From: Firmicutes bacterium UBA1874
GTDB taxonomy: Bacteria > Bacillota > UBA1874
Reading direction: 5' to 3'
DNA: 57,937 nt
Assembly (NCBI GenBank): GCA_002352935.1
Contig: DDHO01000011.1
Location: forward strand, 1-57,937
A program made the position numbers and the translations under genes. This document shows, one piece after another, positions 8,143 to 19,199 of the stretch; within the stretch, counting starts at the first letter, position 1, and the number at the start of each line of letters is the position of its first letter. Under the pieces are notes generated by a model. The model saw only the letters and a list, made by a program, of their open reading frames with translations. It was not told where the DNA came from and searched no databases.

Positions 8143-9186
8143 TTATGATAAAACTTCTATCATTCCCACTTCCTTGGCTGTAATATAACCGATATTCGCT
8201 GCTGCCAGGCACCCTTTTTTAAGCAAGGATTCCCGCAAGCGTTCCTCCCTGTCCTGGGGAACTGCTATTAACAGTCCACCTGACGTTTGTGGATCGCATA
8301 AAAGCATTCTGTCTTCCCGGCTGCTGATATCATTCCAGTTCACTTTTTCCCTCAGAAAACCGTAATTCCGGTAGGCCCCAGGCGGCACAATACCTGCTTC
8401 AGCCAACTCTCTTGTTCCATTTATCACAGGGATTTTAGATAAAAAAAGACTGGCTGAAACCTTGCTGGCAATCAGCATCTCTAATAGATGCCCTAAAAGA
8501 CTGAAACCTGTTACATCGGTACAGGCATTAACACCAATTACCGTCATTGCTTCAGATGCTTTTTTGTTCAGATGACCCATTATATTGTATACTTCCTTCT
8601 CTAGTGGGTCATTAATTAATTCCTGACCAAGGGCAGTGGTAATGATACCGGTGCCCAGCGGTTTAGTCAAAATTAAAGCATCCCCGGGTTTTGCCCCCCT
8701 TTTGGTAATTAATTTTGCAGGATCTACTATTCCTGTTACAGCCAAACCATATTTAGGTGCATTATCTTCCATGGAATGTCCCCCGGCAATACTAGCCCCT
8801 GCTTCCAAAGTTTTGTCTTTGCCTCCTTCTAGAATGACTTCCAGAATGTTAAGGGGCAGACTTTTTACAGGAAATCCCACAATATTGAGTGCAAAAACGG
8901 GCTTTGCTCCCATGGCATAAATATCGCTAATAGCATTTGAAGCTGCTACGGCACCAAAAGCATAGGGATCATTTAGAATGGGAGTAATTAAGTCTACAGT
9001 TTGCACAATGGCCAGAGAAGAACTGATTTGATAGATAGCAGCATCTTCTTTTATGCCACTAACGATCCTTTTATCTGTAACGGGAGGGAAATTATTTAAC
9101 AGCTGCTCAAGATCCGCCGGACCTATTTTGGAAGCTCAGCCGGCTCCAGGTGAAAAAGCAGTAAGCTTAATAAAGGGTTTTTCCAA
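8143..9186 (-). CDS. selD: Selenide, water dikinase SelD, a selenoprotein with an in-frame UGA at codon 17
   Basis: The ORF track gives only 8143-9006. The same frame continues upstream through TGA (9138-9136) to TTG 9186, which lies 7 nt after GAGGTG. The N-terminus reads MEKPFIKLTAFSPGAG-U-ASKIGPADLEQLL, the SelD glycine-rich loop with Sec where E. coli has Cys17. Total length 347 aa. Confidence 0.85.
9105..9138 (-). promoter_or_regulatory. UGA-Sec codon with putative bacterial SECIS hairpin
   Basis: UGA is followed by GCUU(9135-9132)/GAGC(9108-9105) and GGUCC(9123-9119)-GGC-GGAUC(9115-9111) stems. The apical stem starts 12 nt after the UGA. Confidence 0.45.
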
Positions 9187-9402
9187 GCTGCTACACCTCG
9201 AATTTGTTTTATGTTATTTCACGGCTTGATTGATGTTTTTGGCTATGCCGGAAATCCCTGACCGTTAAAAATTAAATTTATCCAGGAACCACCTTCTACT
9301 TTAACAATTACTTTAGCTTATGTTATCATAGGTTTAATAATAATAGAAATGCATCTTTATTATAATATCTATGCAATAATGTTATATATTGGAGAGAAGA
9401 AA

Positions 9403-10191
9403 ATGCTGGCTCGTTTAAAGTACTTTTACCAGGTAGCAAGCAGCGGGAGTTTTTCCCGGGCGGCCGAAGAACTCTTTATCAGTCAACCAGCTCTATCCCG
9501 TCAGATCGCTGCTCTGGAAGAGGATGTAGGACTGCCGCTTTTCAGCCGGCAGGGAAGAAAGCCGGTGCTAACCGATGCGGGAAGGCGACTTTTTAACTAT
9601 GCGGAGAAAATAATGGAGCTGAACAGGGAAGCAAAAAAAGAGATTTCCGAGCTTAAAAATCTTACTTCCGGTGAGGTAATCATAGGAGCCAGCACTACTA
9701 TTGCCAATTACCTGCTCCCGCCGGTACTGGCAGATTATCACCACCGCCATCCCGAAATAAAGATTTTTTTAAATGTCGGCAACAGCGAAGATATTGAACA
9801 GGATGTGTTAAATAACCGGGTAGACCTGGGATTTATAGGCAGCAGCGTGCAGAGTCCCAGGCTTTTTCAGGAACAATTTGCTGAAGACGAGCTGTTCCTG
9901 GTAGTCTCCCAAAACCATCACTTTGCCAAAATAAACAGGGACGTTTTTCCCTCACACCTGGCTGAGGAAACGTTTTTATATCGAGAAGCAGGCTCGGATA
10001 CCCGGCGTCTCTTTAATATTTTTTTAAAGGAGATGGAGGTAAAACCCAGTTCTGTCGTGACCTTGGGTCATACCGAAGCCATAAAAAGCGGAATTATTAA
10101 CAACTTGGGCATCTCTTTTCTTTCAAAACATACTTGGCAAAACGAATTGAAGCTGGGGCTGCTGGTACCCCTGGAAAAATATATAAAATGA
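9403..10191 (+). CDS. LysR family transcriptional regulator, 3' end displaced by a frameshift
   Basis: HTH FSRAAEELFISQPALSRQIAALE. ATG 9403 follows GGAGAG. The expected C-terminal motif (KRPLKLVYLKNARLSPAV) is in another frame at 10188-10352. Confidence 0.75.
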   Translation: MLARLKYFYQVASSGSFSRAAEELFISQPALSRQIAALEEDVGLPLFSRQGRKPVLTDAGRRLFNYAEKIMELNREAKKEISELKNLTSGEVIIGASTTIANYLLPPVLADYHHRHPEIKIFLNVGNSEDIEQDVLNNRVDLGFIGSSVQSPRLFQEQFAEDELFLVVSQNHHFAKINRDVFPSHLAEETFLYREAGSDTRRLFNIFLKEMEVKPSSVVTLGHTEAIKSGIINNLGISFLSKHTWQNELKLGLLVPLEKYIK

Positions 10192-10461
10192 AAAGGCCCT
10201 TGAAGCTAGTTTATCTGAAAAATGCTCGGCTTTCACCGGCGGTTTTAATGCCTTATATCTGCACTGAAAAAGTACTATTATCAATAGGTGGTAAAAACCG
10301 GATTATCCCGATACACCCAAAGATTTTTCCCTTTATCAAAAAATTGGCATGATAAAAACGGTTGTCTGCCGGGAGGAACGGCAGGAAAATGTCCGCAAAA
10401 TATTACCGGGAGAAAAAATACTACCCCACACTTAAGCAGCTAAAAAATAAAAAAATTAACA

Positions 10462-10623
10462 TCCCATTCTGGCAGGCATACTTTCGCCAGTTTAATGGCT
10501 AGAGCCAAAGTGGACCCATTAAATATAGAAGGAATAATTGGAAACAGTGATTACGCTTTTACAGCTAATACGTATACACATCCAGAGTTAGAGGAATTAA
10601 AAAAGGCAATCAGTAAAATTTAA
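10462..10623 (+). pseudogene. C-terminal relic of a tyrosine recombinase (phage-type integrase)
   Basis: Frame SHSGRHTFASLMARAKVDPLNIEGIIGNSDYAFTANTYTH. It carries the R-H-T-F-A box, the (L)GH-like box and the catalytic Tyr context. An upstream stop falls at 10441 and no N-terminal domain remains. Confidence 0.55.
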
Positions 10624-10704
10624 CCCTTAATTTATGTTAGTTGTTTGTTAGTTACCGCCCAAATTTTGCACGATTTTATACGAATTCCGGTTAAAAGTAA
10701 AAGA

Positions 10705-10731
10705 CCCCTGCAAACCTTGCGGTTGCAGGGG
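10705..10731. terminator. Bidirectional hairpin terminator between the integrase relic and tRNA-Pro
   Basis: CCCCTGCAA (10705-10713) pairs with TTGCAGGGG (10723-10731). T-rich runs follow on both strands. Confidence 0.6.
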
Positions 10732-10746
10732 TTTCTTGGTTTTCTG

Positions 10747-10823
<77 letters not shown>

Positions 10824-10845
10824 ACACCCATTGATAGCAGGTGAA

Positions 10846-10874
10846 ATTATAGTACATCTTGCTTAAAAAGTCAA
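10846..10874 (-). promoter_or_regulatory. Sigma-A type promoter of tRNA-Pro
   Basis: TTGACT (10874-10869), 17-nt spacer, TATAAT (10851-10846). It lies about 22 nt upstream of the mature tRNA 5' end. Confidence 0.6.
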
Positions 10875-11009
10875 GGTGGGGCTTATATTTCTAATAGATC
10901 AAGCCCTTAACTATTTTTTGTTGAATTTTTCAGCAGGTAAAAAAGCGGTACAGCATTATTATATCAAACCCGCCATCGGTCCATTATTCGATAAACAGGC
11001 TTAAGACTT

Positions 11010-12260
11010 TTAAGAAACTTCCTGCCGGTTTTCTTGATCAAGCCAGAAGCTACTGTGTAGAGCCCTCATGGCTTTTTCCGCCGCGTCTTTTTTAACAATT
11101 ACTGAAATTTTAATTTCCGAAGTAGAAATCATATGGATATTTATCTCTGCTTCAGCTAAGGCAGCAAACATGCGGCCTGCCACACCGGGATTAGTGATCA
11201 TGCCTGCCCCGACAATGCTTACTTTAGCAACATCAGAATCATAAGCTATCCCTTTTGCCCCTATATCGCTTTTTACTTTTTCTACAACTTCCACGGCCTT
11301 ATAAAGGTCATCCTGTGAAACGGTAAAGGAAATGTCGTTGTACTCCTCCCTCATAGTACTCTGCACTATCATATCCACATTAATGTTGGCCTCCGCCAGC
11401 GCGACAAAAAGTTTTTGGGCAATTCCAGGCTTATCCGGAACATCAAAAACCGCAATTCTTGCTACGTTTTTATCAGCAGCTACGCCACTGATGATCATTT
11501 CTCTTTCCAAATTTTCCCGATGCAACTCTTCTTCCCCCCCCACAACAGTTCCGTCCTCGCGGCTAAAACTCGATCTAACATGTAAAATAACATTGTTAAT
11601 CTTAGCACATTCTACCGCCCTAGGATGCAGCACTGCCGCTCCCAGGCTGGCCAGTTCCAGCATTTCATCATACGATATTCTCTTTAATTTTCTAGCCCTG
11701 GGCACTACCCGGGGATCTGCAGTGTAAATACCATCAACGTCTGTAAAAATTTCGCATACATCCGCCTTCAAGGCAGACGCTACAGCTACTGCAGTTGTAT
11801 CGGAACCCCCTCTTCCAAGCGTAGTAATTTCGTTTTCCTTAGTAGCTCCCTGGAAACCGGCAACGATAACAACTTTTCCTGCTTCCAGCTCTCTGTCCAA
11901 ACGTTTTTCGTCCACCTTCAGGATTTTAGCTTTCGTATGGACTTCGTCGGTTCTAATCCCGACCTGGGCTCCTGTAAGAGAAATTACGGGCTCCCCAAGG
12001 CTTTCTATAGCCATAGCCAGCAAAGCCATAGATTCCTGTTCACCGGTAGCAAGAAGCATATCCATCTCACGTTCGGGAGGGTTATCCGTAATTTCTTTGG
12101 CAAGAGCAATAAGTTTATCTGTATTATTGCCCCTGGCAGATACAACCACAACCACCTTGTTTCCTTTCTTTTTACATTCTACAATTCGTTTGGCCACATT
12201 TTTAATACACCCTGTATCTGCAACAGAAGTTCCTCCATATTTTTGCACAACAATACCCAT
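11010..12260 (-). CDS. lysC: Aspartate kinase (with two ACT domains)
   Basis: MGIVVQKYGGTSV..., an amino-acid kinase fold followed by a C-terminal ACT pair. Confidence 0.92.
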   Translation of the reverse strand: MGIVVQKYGGTSVADTGCIKNVAKRIVECKKKGNKVVVVVSARGNNTDKLIALAKEITDNPPEREMDMLLATGEQESMALLAMAIESLGEPVISLTGAQVGIRTDEVHTKAKILKVDEKRLDRELEAGKVVIVAGFQGATKENEITTLGRGGSDTTAVAVASALKADVCEIFTDVDGIYTADPRVVPRARKLKRISYDEMLELASLGAAVLHPRAVECAKINNVILHVRSSFSREDGTVVGGEEELHRENLEREMIISGVAADKNVARIAVFDVPDKPGIAQKLFVALAEANINVDMIVQSTMREEYNDISFTVSQDDLYKAVEVVEKVKSDIGAKGIAYDSDVAKVSIVGAGMITNPGVAGRMFAALAEAEINIHMISTSEIKISVIVKKDAAEKAMRALHSSFWLDQENRQEVS

Positions 12261-12291
12261 CTTAAAAAATTCGCCTCCAACATTATCTAAG

Positions 12292-13338
12292 CTATAAAAC
12301 TAATTCCAGCACCGCTTTTTTATCAGCGGGAACAGAAACGGGTCTGGATATCTCACTTATTGCTGTATCCGGGTCTTTAAGGCCGTGCCCGGTTAACACA
12401 CATACGATAATACTACCGCTGCTGAAGTATCCTCTTTGGGAGTATTTAATTACACCCGCAAGGGAAGCTGCTGAAGCCGGTTCTACAAATACTCCTTCTT
12501 TATTTGCCAGTAAACCGTAGGCATCCAGTATCTCACGGTCGCTAACACTGTCTATAAAGCCCCGCGATTCTTCAGCTGCGTTAACCGCGCCCTTCCAGCT
12601 TGCAGGATTTCCAATTCTAATTGCCGTAGCTATGGTTTCGGGGTTTTCTACAACCTTCCCCAGCACTATGGGAGCAGCTCCCTCGGATTGAAAACCTATC
12701 ATTTTGGGGCAAAACTTAATTTTCCCCGCCTCATGATACCTCTTAAAACCTTTCCAATAAGCGGTAATATTACCCGCATTTCCAACAGGAATAGCCAGGT
12801 AATCAGGACTTCTACCCAGGGATTCGCAAATTTCATAAGCACCAGTAGTCTGCCCTTCAATCCGAAAAGGGTTTAATGAATTAACAAGAGTAATGGGGTA
12901 TTCTTCACTAATCTCCCTTACTATTCGCAAGGCATCGTCAAAATTACCTTTCAAGGCAATTACTCGTGCTCCATATATAAGTGCCTGTGCCAATTTACCC
13001 AGAGCTATTTTCCCTTCCGGAATGAGAACAGAGCATTTTAGCTGGCACATCGCAGCGTAGGCTGCGGCAGAAGCTGAAGTGTTACCGGTGGAAGCACAAA
13101 TTACAGCTCGAGACCCTTCTTCCAGGGCTTTTGCTACGGCCATAACCATGCCTCGGTCTTTAAAAGAACCAGTGGGGTTAAGGCCCTCATACTTAAGATA
13201 TACCCTTGCTCCGACTATTTGCGAAAGGTGCTCGGCTTTTATAAGGGGCGTATTTCCTTCCTGGAGAGTAATTAGCGGGGTTTTAGGTGTTACCGGGAGA
13301 AAGTCCTTGTATTTGACGAGCAAGCCTTCCCTCTGCAT
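12292..13338 (-). CDS. thrC: Threonine synthase
   Basis: PLP motif GSFKDRG and [10 protein letters not shown]. The ATG at 13338 is coupled to the hom stop (TGAGATG). The ORF-track GTG at 13350 abuts the SD. Confidence 0.9.
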   Translation of the reverse strand: MQREGLLVKYKDFLPVTPKTPLITLQEGNTPLIKAEHLSQIVGARVYLKYEGLNPTGSFKDRGMVMAVAKALEEGSRAVICASTGNTSASAAAYAAMCQLKCSVLIPEGKIALGKLAQALIYGARVIALKGNFDDALRIVREISEEYPITLVNSLNPFRIEGQTTGAYEICESLGRSPDYLAIPVGNAGNITAYWKGFKRYHEAGKIKFCPKMIGFQSEGAAPIVLGKVVENPETIATAIRIGNPASWKGAVNAAEESRGFIDSVSDREILDAYGLLANKEGVFVEPASAASLAGVIKYSQRGYFSSGSIIVCVLTGHGLKDPDTAISEISRPVSVPADKKAVLELVL

Positions 13339-13339
13339 C

Positions 13340-14638
13340 TCAATCTTCACTCCCCTCTACACGCAGCACACTACTAACCTCGGCTACTATTGAAAGGTCC
13401 TTAATGATCTTCAGTGAATCTCTTAAATTCTGTTCTTCAACTTCGTGAGTAATCAATACTATCTCCGCCATGTCACCACACGTCTTCTTCTGAAGTACTG
13501 TGGCAATGCTTACGTTCTGGTTGCCGAATACCCCCGCAATTGTAGCTAACACTCCGGGTTGGTCTTTAACCGCAAGCCTTAAGTAAAATTTAACCTTAAC
13601 CTCGCCTATCGGTTTGAGCCGTTTGTGTTCATAGCAGGTGCAGCCCACTCGCCCGGTGCAATTATGGATTAAATTACGCGCAGCTGCAATTATATCGCCC
13701 AGTACAGCGCTAGCTGTAGGTAGCTCTCCCGCTCCCTGCCCGTAAAACATGGTTTTTCCTACGCCATCCCCCTGAACAAAAATAGCATTATATACATCTT
13801 TTACAGCAGCCAGGGGGTGTTTCCGGCGAATAAAAACAGGGTGTACTCTTACTTCAATTTCCCCATTTTGTTCCTGTGCAATTCCAAGCAGTTTAATTGT
13901 GTATCCCAGCTCACGTGCATATACAATATCTTCGGTTGCTATACCAGAAATACCCTCCGCGTAAACATCCGGAAAAGTCACCCGAGTATTGAAGGCAATG
14001 GAAGCCAGTATCGAAATTTTTCGGGCAGCATCCAGCCCTTCAACATCCGAAGTAGGGTCAGCTTCAGCATATCCAAGAGACTGGGCTTCTGTCAGCGCTT
14101 CCGCAAAGGTGGTTCCGCGTTCTTCCATGGCTGTTAATATATAATTGGTAGTTCCGTTAATTATGCCCATAACCTTTTGAATACGATTACCGGCCAAACA
14201 TTCCTTTAAAGGTCGTATGATGGGGATTCCCCCCGCGACGCTAGCTTCAAAAAGAAGGTCCAGGCTTTTTCTTTCCGCTATCTCAAATAGTTCGGCACCG
14301 TGTAAGGCCATGATGTCCTTATTTGCAGTTATTACCGCCTTTCCTCTATCCAAAGCCTCAGCTATAAACTCCTTTGCCGGAGAGAGCCCTCCCATAACTT
14401 CTACTACTATATCTATATCAGGACTATTTAAAATTTCACCCGCGTCTGTTGTATATTTTTCCGCCCCTAACTTTACTTGTCTCGTTTTAAGAAGATCGCG
14501 GACCAGTACTTTTTCTATTTCCAGCGGCATTCCTACTTTTTTAATTATATCCTGTTTGTTTTTATTAAAAAGCTTAACTACCCCGGTACCTACAGTACCC
14601 AAGCCCAGCAGGCCGATTTTTATAACTTTTTGAGCCAT
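13340..14638 (-). CDS. hom: Homoserine dehydrogenase (C-terminal ACT domain)
   Basis: [13 protein letters not shown] Rossmann motif and full-length hom-like sequence. ATG 14638 is preceded by GGAGGG. Confidence 0.92.
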   Translation of the reverse strand: MAQKVIKIGLLGLGTVGTGVVKLFNKNKQDIIKKVGMPLEIEKVLVRDLLKTRQVKLGAEKYTTDAGEILNSPDIDIVVEVMGGLSPAKEFIAEALDRGKAVITANKDIMALHGAELFEIAERKSLDLLFEASVAGGIPIIRPLKECLAGNRIQKVMGIINGTTNYILTAMEERGTTFAEALTEAQSLGYAEADPTSDVEGLDAARKISILASIAFNTRVTFPDVYAEGISGIATEDIVYARELGYTIKLLGIAQEQNGEIEVRVHPVFIRRKHPLAAVKDVYNAIFVQGDGVGKTMFYGQGAGELPTASAVLGDIIAAARNLIHNCTGRVGCTCYEHKRLKPIGEVKVKFYLRLAVKDQPGVLATIAGVFGNQNVSIATVLQKKTCGDMAEIVLITHEVEEQNLRDSLKIIKDLSIVAEVSSVLRVEGSED

Positions 14639-15812
14639 TAATATCCCTCCGGAATTTTTCTCCGACATCTTTATCTTCTTTCTCTATTTCAGACAAAAAT
14701 CCTTTAATAATACGAGTGAGCATATCAAACTCAATCAAAAAAGCATCGTGGCCATAAGGAGAGTTTAACTCCCTGTAACTGGCATCCTTTCCCAAACGGC
14801 GAAGAATCTTTACAACCTCTTTTTGCATATAAGGGGGGTAAAGAAAATCGGTCCTGATGCCTATGAGTAATATCTTACACATAATCCTCTCCAGAACCTC
14901 TACCAGGGAATCTCCCCGGTAGCGGGACAGGTCATAAAGGTCCATAGCTTTAGTAAGGTAGAGGTAAGAGTTAGCATCAAAACGACGTACGAGCTTTTTC
15001 CCTTGATAATGTAAGTAGTTTTCTACTTCAAATCTGGAATCAAAGACGTAATAATCTTTTTTTAAAAGGCTGCCAAACGTCCGGCCGAATTTTATATTCC
15101 ATGCTTCATCACTTTTATACGTGATGGTCCCGATCATACGAGCAAGGGCAAGCCCTTTTTGGGGCCCCGGAGTACCGTAATAATTTCCTTCTTTCCAGTC
15201 CGGATCCTGAATAATTGCTTGTCTTTGAACTTCGTTATAAGCTATACCCTGCGCAGAAAGCTGAACAGGAGAAGCAATGGGAATAACCGAGCGGACCATT
15301 TCAGGGTACATAACAGCCCATTCGAACGACTGCATACCTCCCATAGACCCGCCCAACGCCGTTACGACACTTTTTACTCCCAAGTGATCAAGCAGTTTTT
15401 TTTGCACATTCACCATATCTCTGATTGTAACTATAGGAAAATCCATCCCGTAAGGCTTACCCGTCGCCGGATTCATGGAAGCAGGGCCCGTTGTCCCGGA
15501 ACATCCACCCAGAACATTACTGCATATAATAAAATATTTATCCGTGTCCAAAGCTCTGCCCCTGCCAACCATCGGGTCCCACCACCCAGGCTTGCGATCT
15601 TCGGGAGAATTTTTCCCGGCAGCGTGCGCGTCTCCTGTTAATGCGTGCAGGACCAGTATGGCATTATCGCCTTTTTCATTTAACTCCCCATAAGTTTCAT
15701 AAGCCACGGTTATAGGTCCTATACGGGAGCCGCTTTCCAGGACCAGCTCATCGGGAGGATGAGCAAATGTAACTTTCTTTGTATCTACTAACCCAACTCC
15801 ACTACTATTCAC
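14574..15812 (-). CDS. metX: Homoserine O-acetyltransferase
   Basis: Alpha/beta hydrolase with GGSMGG nucleophile elbow and AYETYGELN. GTG 15812 lies 6 nt after AGGAGGG (the ORF-track ATG at 15830 is upstream of that SD). The 3' end overlaps hom by 65 nt. Confidence 0.88.
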   Translation of the reverse strand: MNSSGVGLVDTKKVTFAHPPDELVLESGSRIGPITVAYETYGELNEKGDNAILVLHALTGDAHAAGKNSPEDRKPGWWDPMVGRGRALDTDKYFIICSNVLGGCSGTTGPASMNPATGKPYGMDFPIVTIRDMVNVQKKLLDHLGVKSVVTALGGSMGGMQSFEWAVMYPEMVRSVIPIASPVQLSAQGIAYNEVQRQAIIQDPDWKEGNYYGTPGPQKGLALARMIGTITYKSDEAWNIKFGRTFGSLLKKDYYVFDSRFEVENYLHYQGKKLVRRFDANSYLYLTKAMDLYDLSRYRGDSLVEVLERIMCKILLIGIRTDFLYPPYMQKEVVKILRRLGKDASYRELNSPYGHDAFLIEFDMLTRIIKGFLSEIEKEDKDVGEKFRRDINGSKSYKNRPAGLGYCRYRGS

Positions 15813-15846
15813 ACCTATCCCTCCTGGCATCCATTCAGACCCGCGT

Positions 15847-17136
<1,290 letters not shown>

Positions 17137-17180
17137 TTAATTATTTCAGCTTTTTTGCCAAAAAGCAGTCTCTCCAAACA

Positions 17181-17325
17181 TAAAAATACCTCTTCCCGGA
17201 GAAGAGGTAATAAATCCATCTTTAGCCTTATCTCCCAGGATAAACCTGCAGGATTTAGCACCTTCCCCTTCAGGGAGGTTGCCGGGTTTCACAGGGCCAG
17301 TCCCTCCACCTCTCTTGATAAGAGC
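17181..17325 (-). promoter_or_regulatory. SAM-I (S-box) riboswitch with terminator expression platform
   Basis: The minus strand reads CTTATCAAGAGAGGTGGAGGGACTGGCCCTGTGAAACCCGGCAACC...GGTGCTAAATCCTGCAG...GGAGATAAG. It is followed by CCTCTTC-tccgg-GAAGAGG and a U-run (17207-17181). Confidence 0.92.
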
Positions 17326-17433
17326 ACTTACAGATATTCAGCTTTTGCTGGGCCATAAACTAACAATAATATACAAAGTAAAGCGGGGTTTGTCAACCCC
17401 AAATACATTTTAGTTTTAAACTAACTCAATACT

Positions 17434-18912
17434 TTATATAATTATGCAAATTAACCCGCCGCTTCCCTCATTAACTATTCTTTCCAAGGTTTCTCTAAGT
17501 TTAATTTGGGTGTTTTCCGGCATACGGTATAACTTGCCCTGGATGCCCTCTCTGACTAGATCGTGCAGGGATTTTCCGAATATATTTGTCTCCCAAATTT
17601 TTCGCGGATTCTCTTCAAACTCCTCCATTATATATTGCACAAGTTCCTCGCACTGTTTTTCGGTACCAATTAAAGGTGTGATTTCAGTAGTTATATCAGC
17701 CCTGATAAGATGATAAGAGGGTGCCGTGGCTCGTAGTTTTACACCGGAACGCCCACCTTGTTTAATAAGTTCAGGCTCTGCAAGTTCCATTTCTTCCAGG
17801 GTGGGAGTAACCACGCCGTAACCTGTATTGCGAACCTCCTGTAAGCCATAAGAAACCTTATCATATTCCTTTTTAACCTCGCTGAGTTCACGCATCAGGC
17901 GCAAGAGATCGTGGTCCCCCTCAATTTCATAGCCCGTTTCCTCCTGTAGAACCCGGTAAAACAGTTCTTCTTTAGCCCAAACATCTATGGAAGCAGTTCC
18001 TGTGCCCAGATTCATATTGCTTAGGGCCACTTTTTCCACAAAGTCTTTGGAACTAAGTTCCTCAATAACTTCATCAGTATCCCGCAGGCGCGTAACCTTG
18101 TTTACGGCTTCCCTGATTGCCTCTTCAAAATTTATGCGCAGCCAATGGTTTTGATCAAGTTCTTCAATCCACTTGGGCAGGGAAATATTAACTTCTGTAA
18201 CCGGGAACTCGTACAGCGCTTCTTCCATAATCGTCAGAATTTCTTCCTCGCCCATCCTTTCGCAGTCCACAGGTATTACAGGTGCTTTATAGTCGCTTTC
18301 CAGACCACGCGCCATCTCTACCGTAGCTTCGTGATAGGGGTGCGCTGAATTTAAAATAATGACAAAAGGTTTGTTCAATTCCCTAAGTTCCCATATTACC
18401 CGTTCTTCCGCATCCCTGTAATTTTCCCGGGGAATGTCAGTTATACTGCCATCCGTAATGATAACCAGCCCAATAGTAGAATGATCTCTTATTACTCTAC
18501 GCGTTCCTTCTTCCGCAGCCTCTTGAAAAGGTATCGCCTCTTCAAACCAGGGGGTTCTCACCATCCGGGGCCCCTCCTCATCTTCGTAACCCTGCGCCCC
18601 TTCCACAGTATAACCCACACAATCCACCAGCCGCACTCTCATTTCCACCTCATCCAGAACATCTATTTCCACAGCCTCATCAGGAATAAACTTTGGCTCC
18701 ACAGTCATAATCGTTCTCCCCGCACCGCTCTGTGGAATTTCATCTTTGGCACGGTCACGGTCTTTAGGATTCTTTATATTAGGAAGGACCATTATTTCCA
18801 TAAAACGTTTAATAAAAGTCGATTTACCAGAGCGAACAGGTCCAACCACTCCTAGATATACATCGCCTCCGGTGCGCTGAGCAACATCCCTATATACTTC
18901 TTGGTTACTCAC
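17434..18912 (-). CDS. spoIVA: Stage IV sporulation protein A (spore coat morphogenetic ATPase)
   Basis: RTGGDVYLGVVGPVRSGKSTFIKRFME Walker A and full-length SpoIVA similarity. GTG start follows GGAGGGAG. Confidence 0.95.
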   Translation of the reverse strand: MSNQEVYRDVAQRTGGDVYLGVVGPVRSGKSTFIKRFMEIMVLPNIKNPKDRDRAKDEIPQSGAGRTIMTVEPKFIPDEAVEIDVLDEVEMRVRLVDCVGYTVEGAQGYEDEEGPRMVRTPWFEEAIPFQEAAEEGTRRVIRDHSTIGLVIITDGSITDIPRENYRDAEERVIWELRELNKPFVIILNSAHPYHEATVEMARGLESDYKAPVIPVDCERMGEEEILTIMEEALYEFPVTEVNISLPKWIEELDQNHWLRINFEEAIREAVNKVTRLRDTDEVIEELSSKDFVEKVALSNMNLGTGTASIDVWAKEELFYRVLQEETGYEIEGDHDLLRLMRELSEVKKEYDKVSYGLQEVRNTGYGVVTPTLEEMELAEPELIKQGGRSGVKLRATAPSYHLIRADITTEITPLIGTEKQCEELVQYIMEEFEENPRKIWETNIFGKSLHDLVREGIQGKLYRMPENTQIKLRETLERIVNEGSGGLICIII

Positions 18913-19090
18913 TTTTCTCTCCCTCCTTTTTATTAACTTTCAAAACACTTTTAAATGAAAACTATCCTTAGTCATCCCTCCTTAAAGCAGGTGACAGAAT
19001 CAAAAGGCTTCTTAGGAGCTTTAATTTCTAATATTGGTATGTATTAACATTATATATATATGAGTAGTCCAAAAGATTATTACAAAGATA

Positions 19091-19116
19091 CAAAAAAAGT
19101 ACGGCTCAACCGCACT
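19091..19116 (-). terminator. Terminator after gpsA
   Basis: On the minus strand AGTGCGG-ttgag-CCGTACT (19116-19098) is followed by TTTTTTT. Confidence 0.5.
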
Positions 19117-19199
19117 TTTTTTTTAAAAACTAATATTTTTATTTTTTAAAAGCATCTCGGAAACTAAAGACCTAACGGAAAGATGTTGCTAAAAATCAT

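Noticed and set aside
3883-10440. Direct repeat of the tRNA-Pro 3' end (att site) that would mark the far end of the island.
   Set aside because: Scanning by eye found no copy of GACTGGATTTGAACC or neighbouring tRNA sequence. A computational search allowing mismatches is needed before any boundary is claimed.
19036-19063. Sigma-E-like promoter upstream of spoIVA (TCATAT ... CATACC).
   Set aside because: Only an approximate match to my recollection of the consensus, with ambiguous spacing and a location about 130 nt from the start codon. It cannot be supported without a position weight matrix or 5'-end data.
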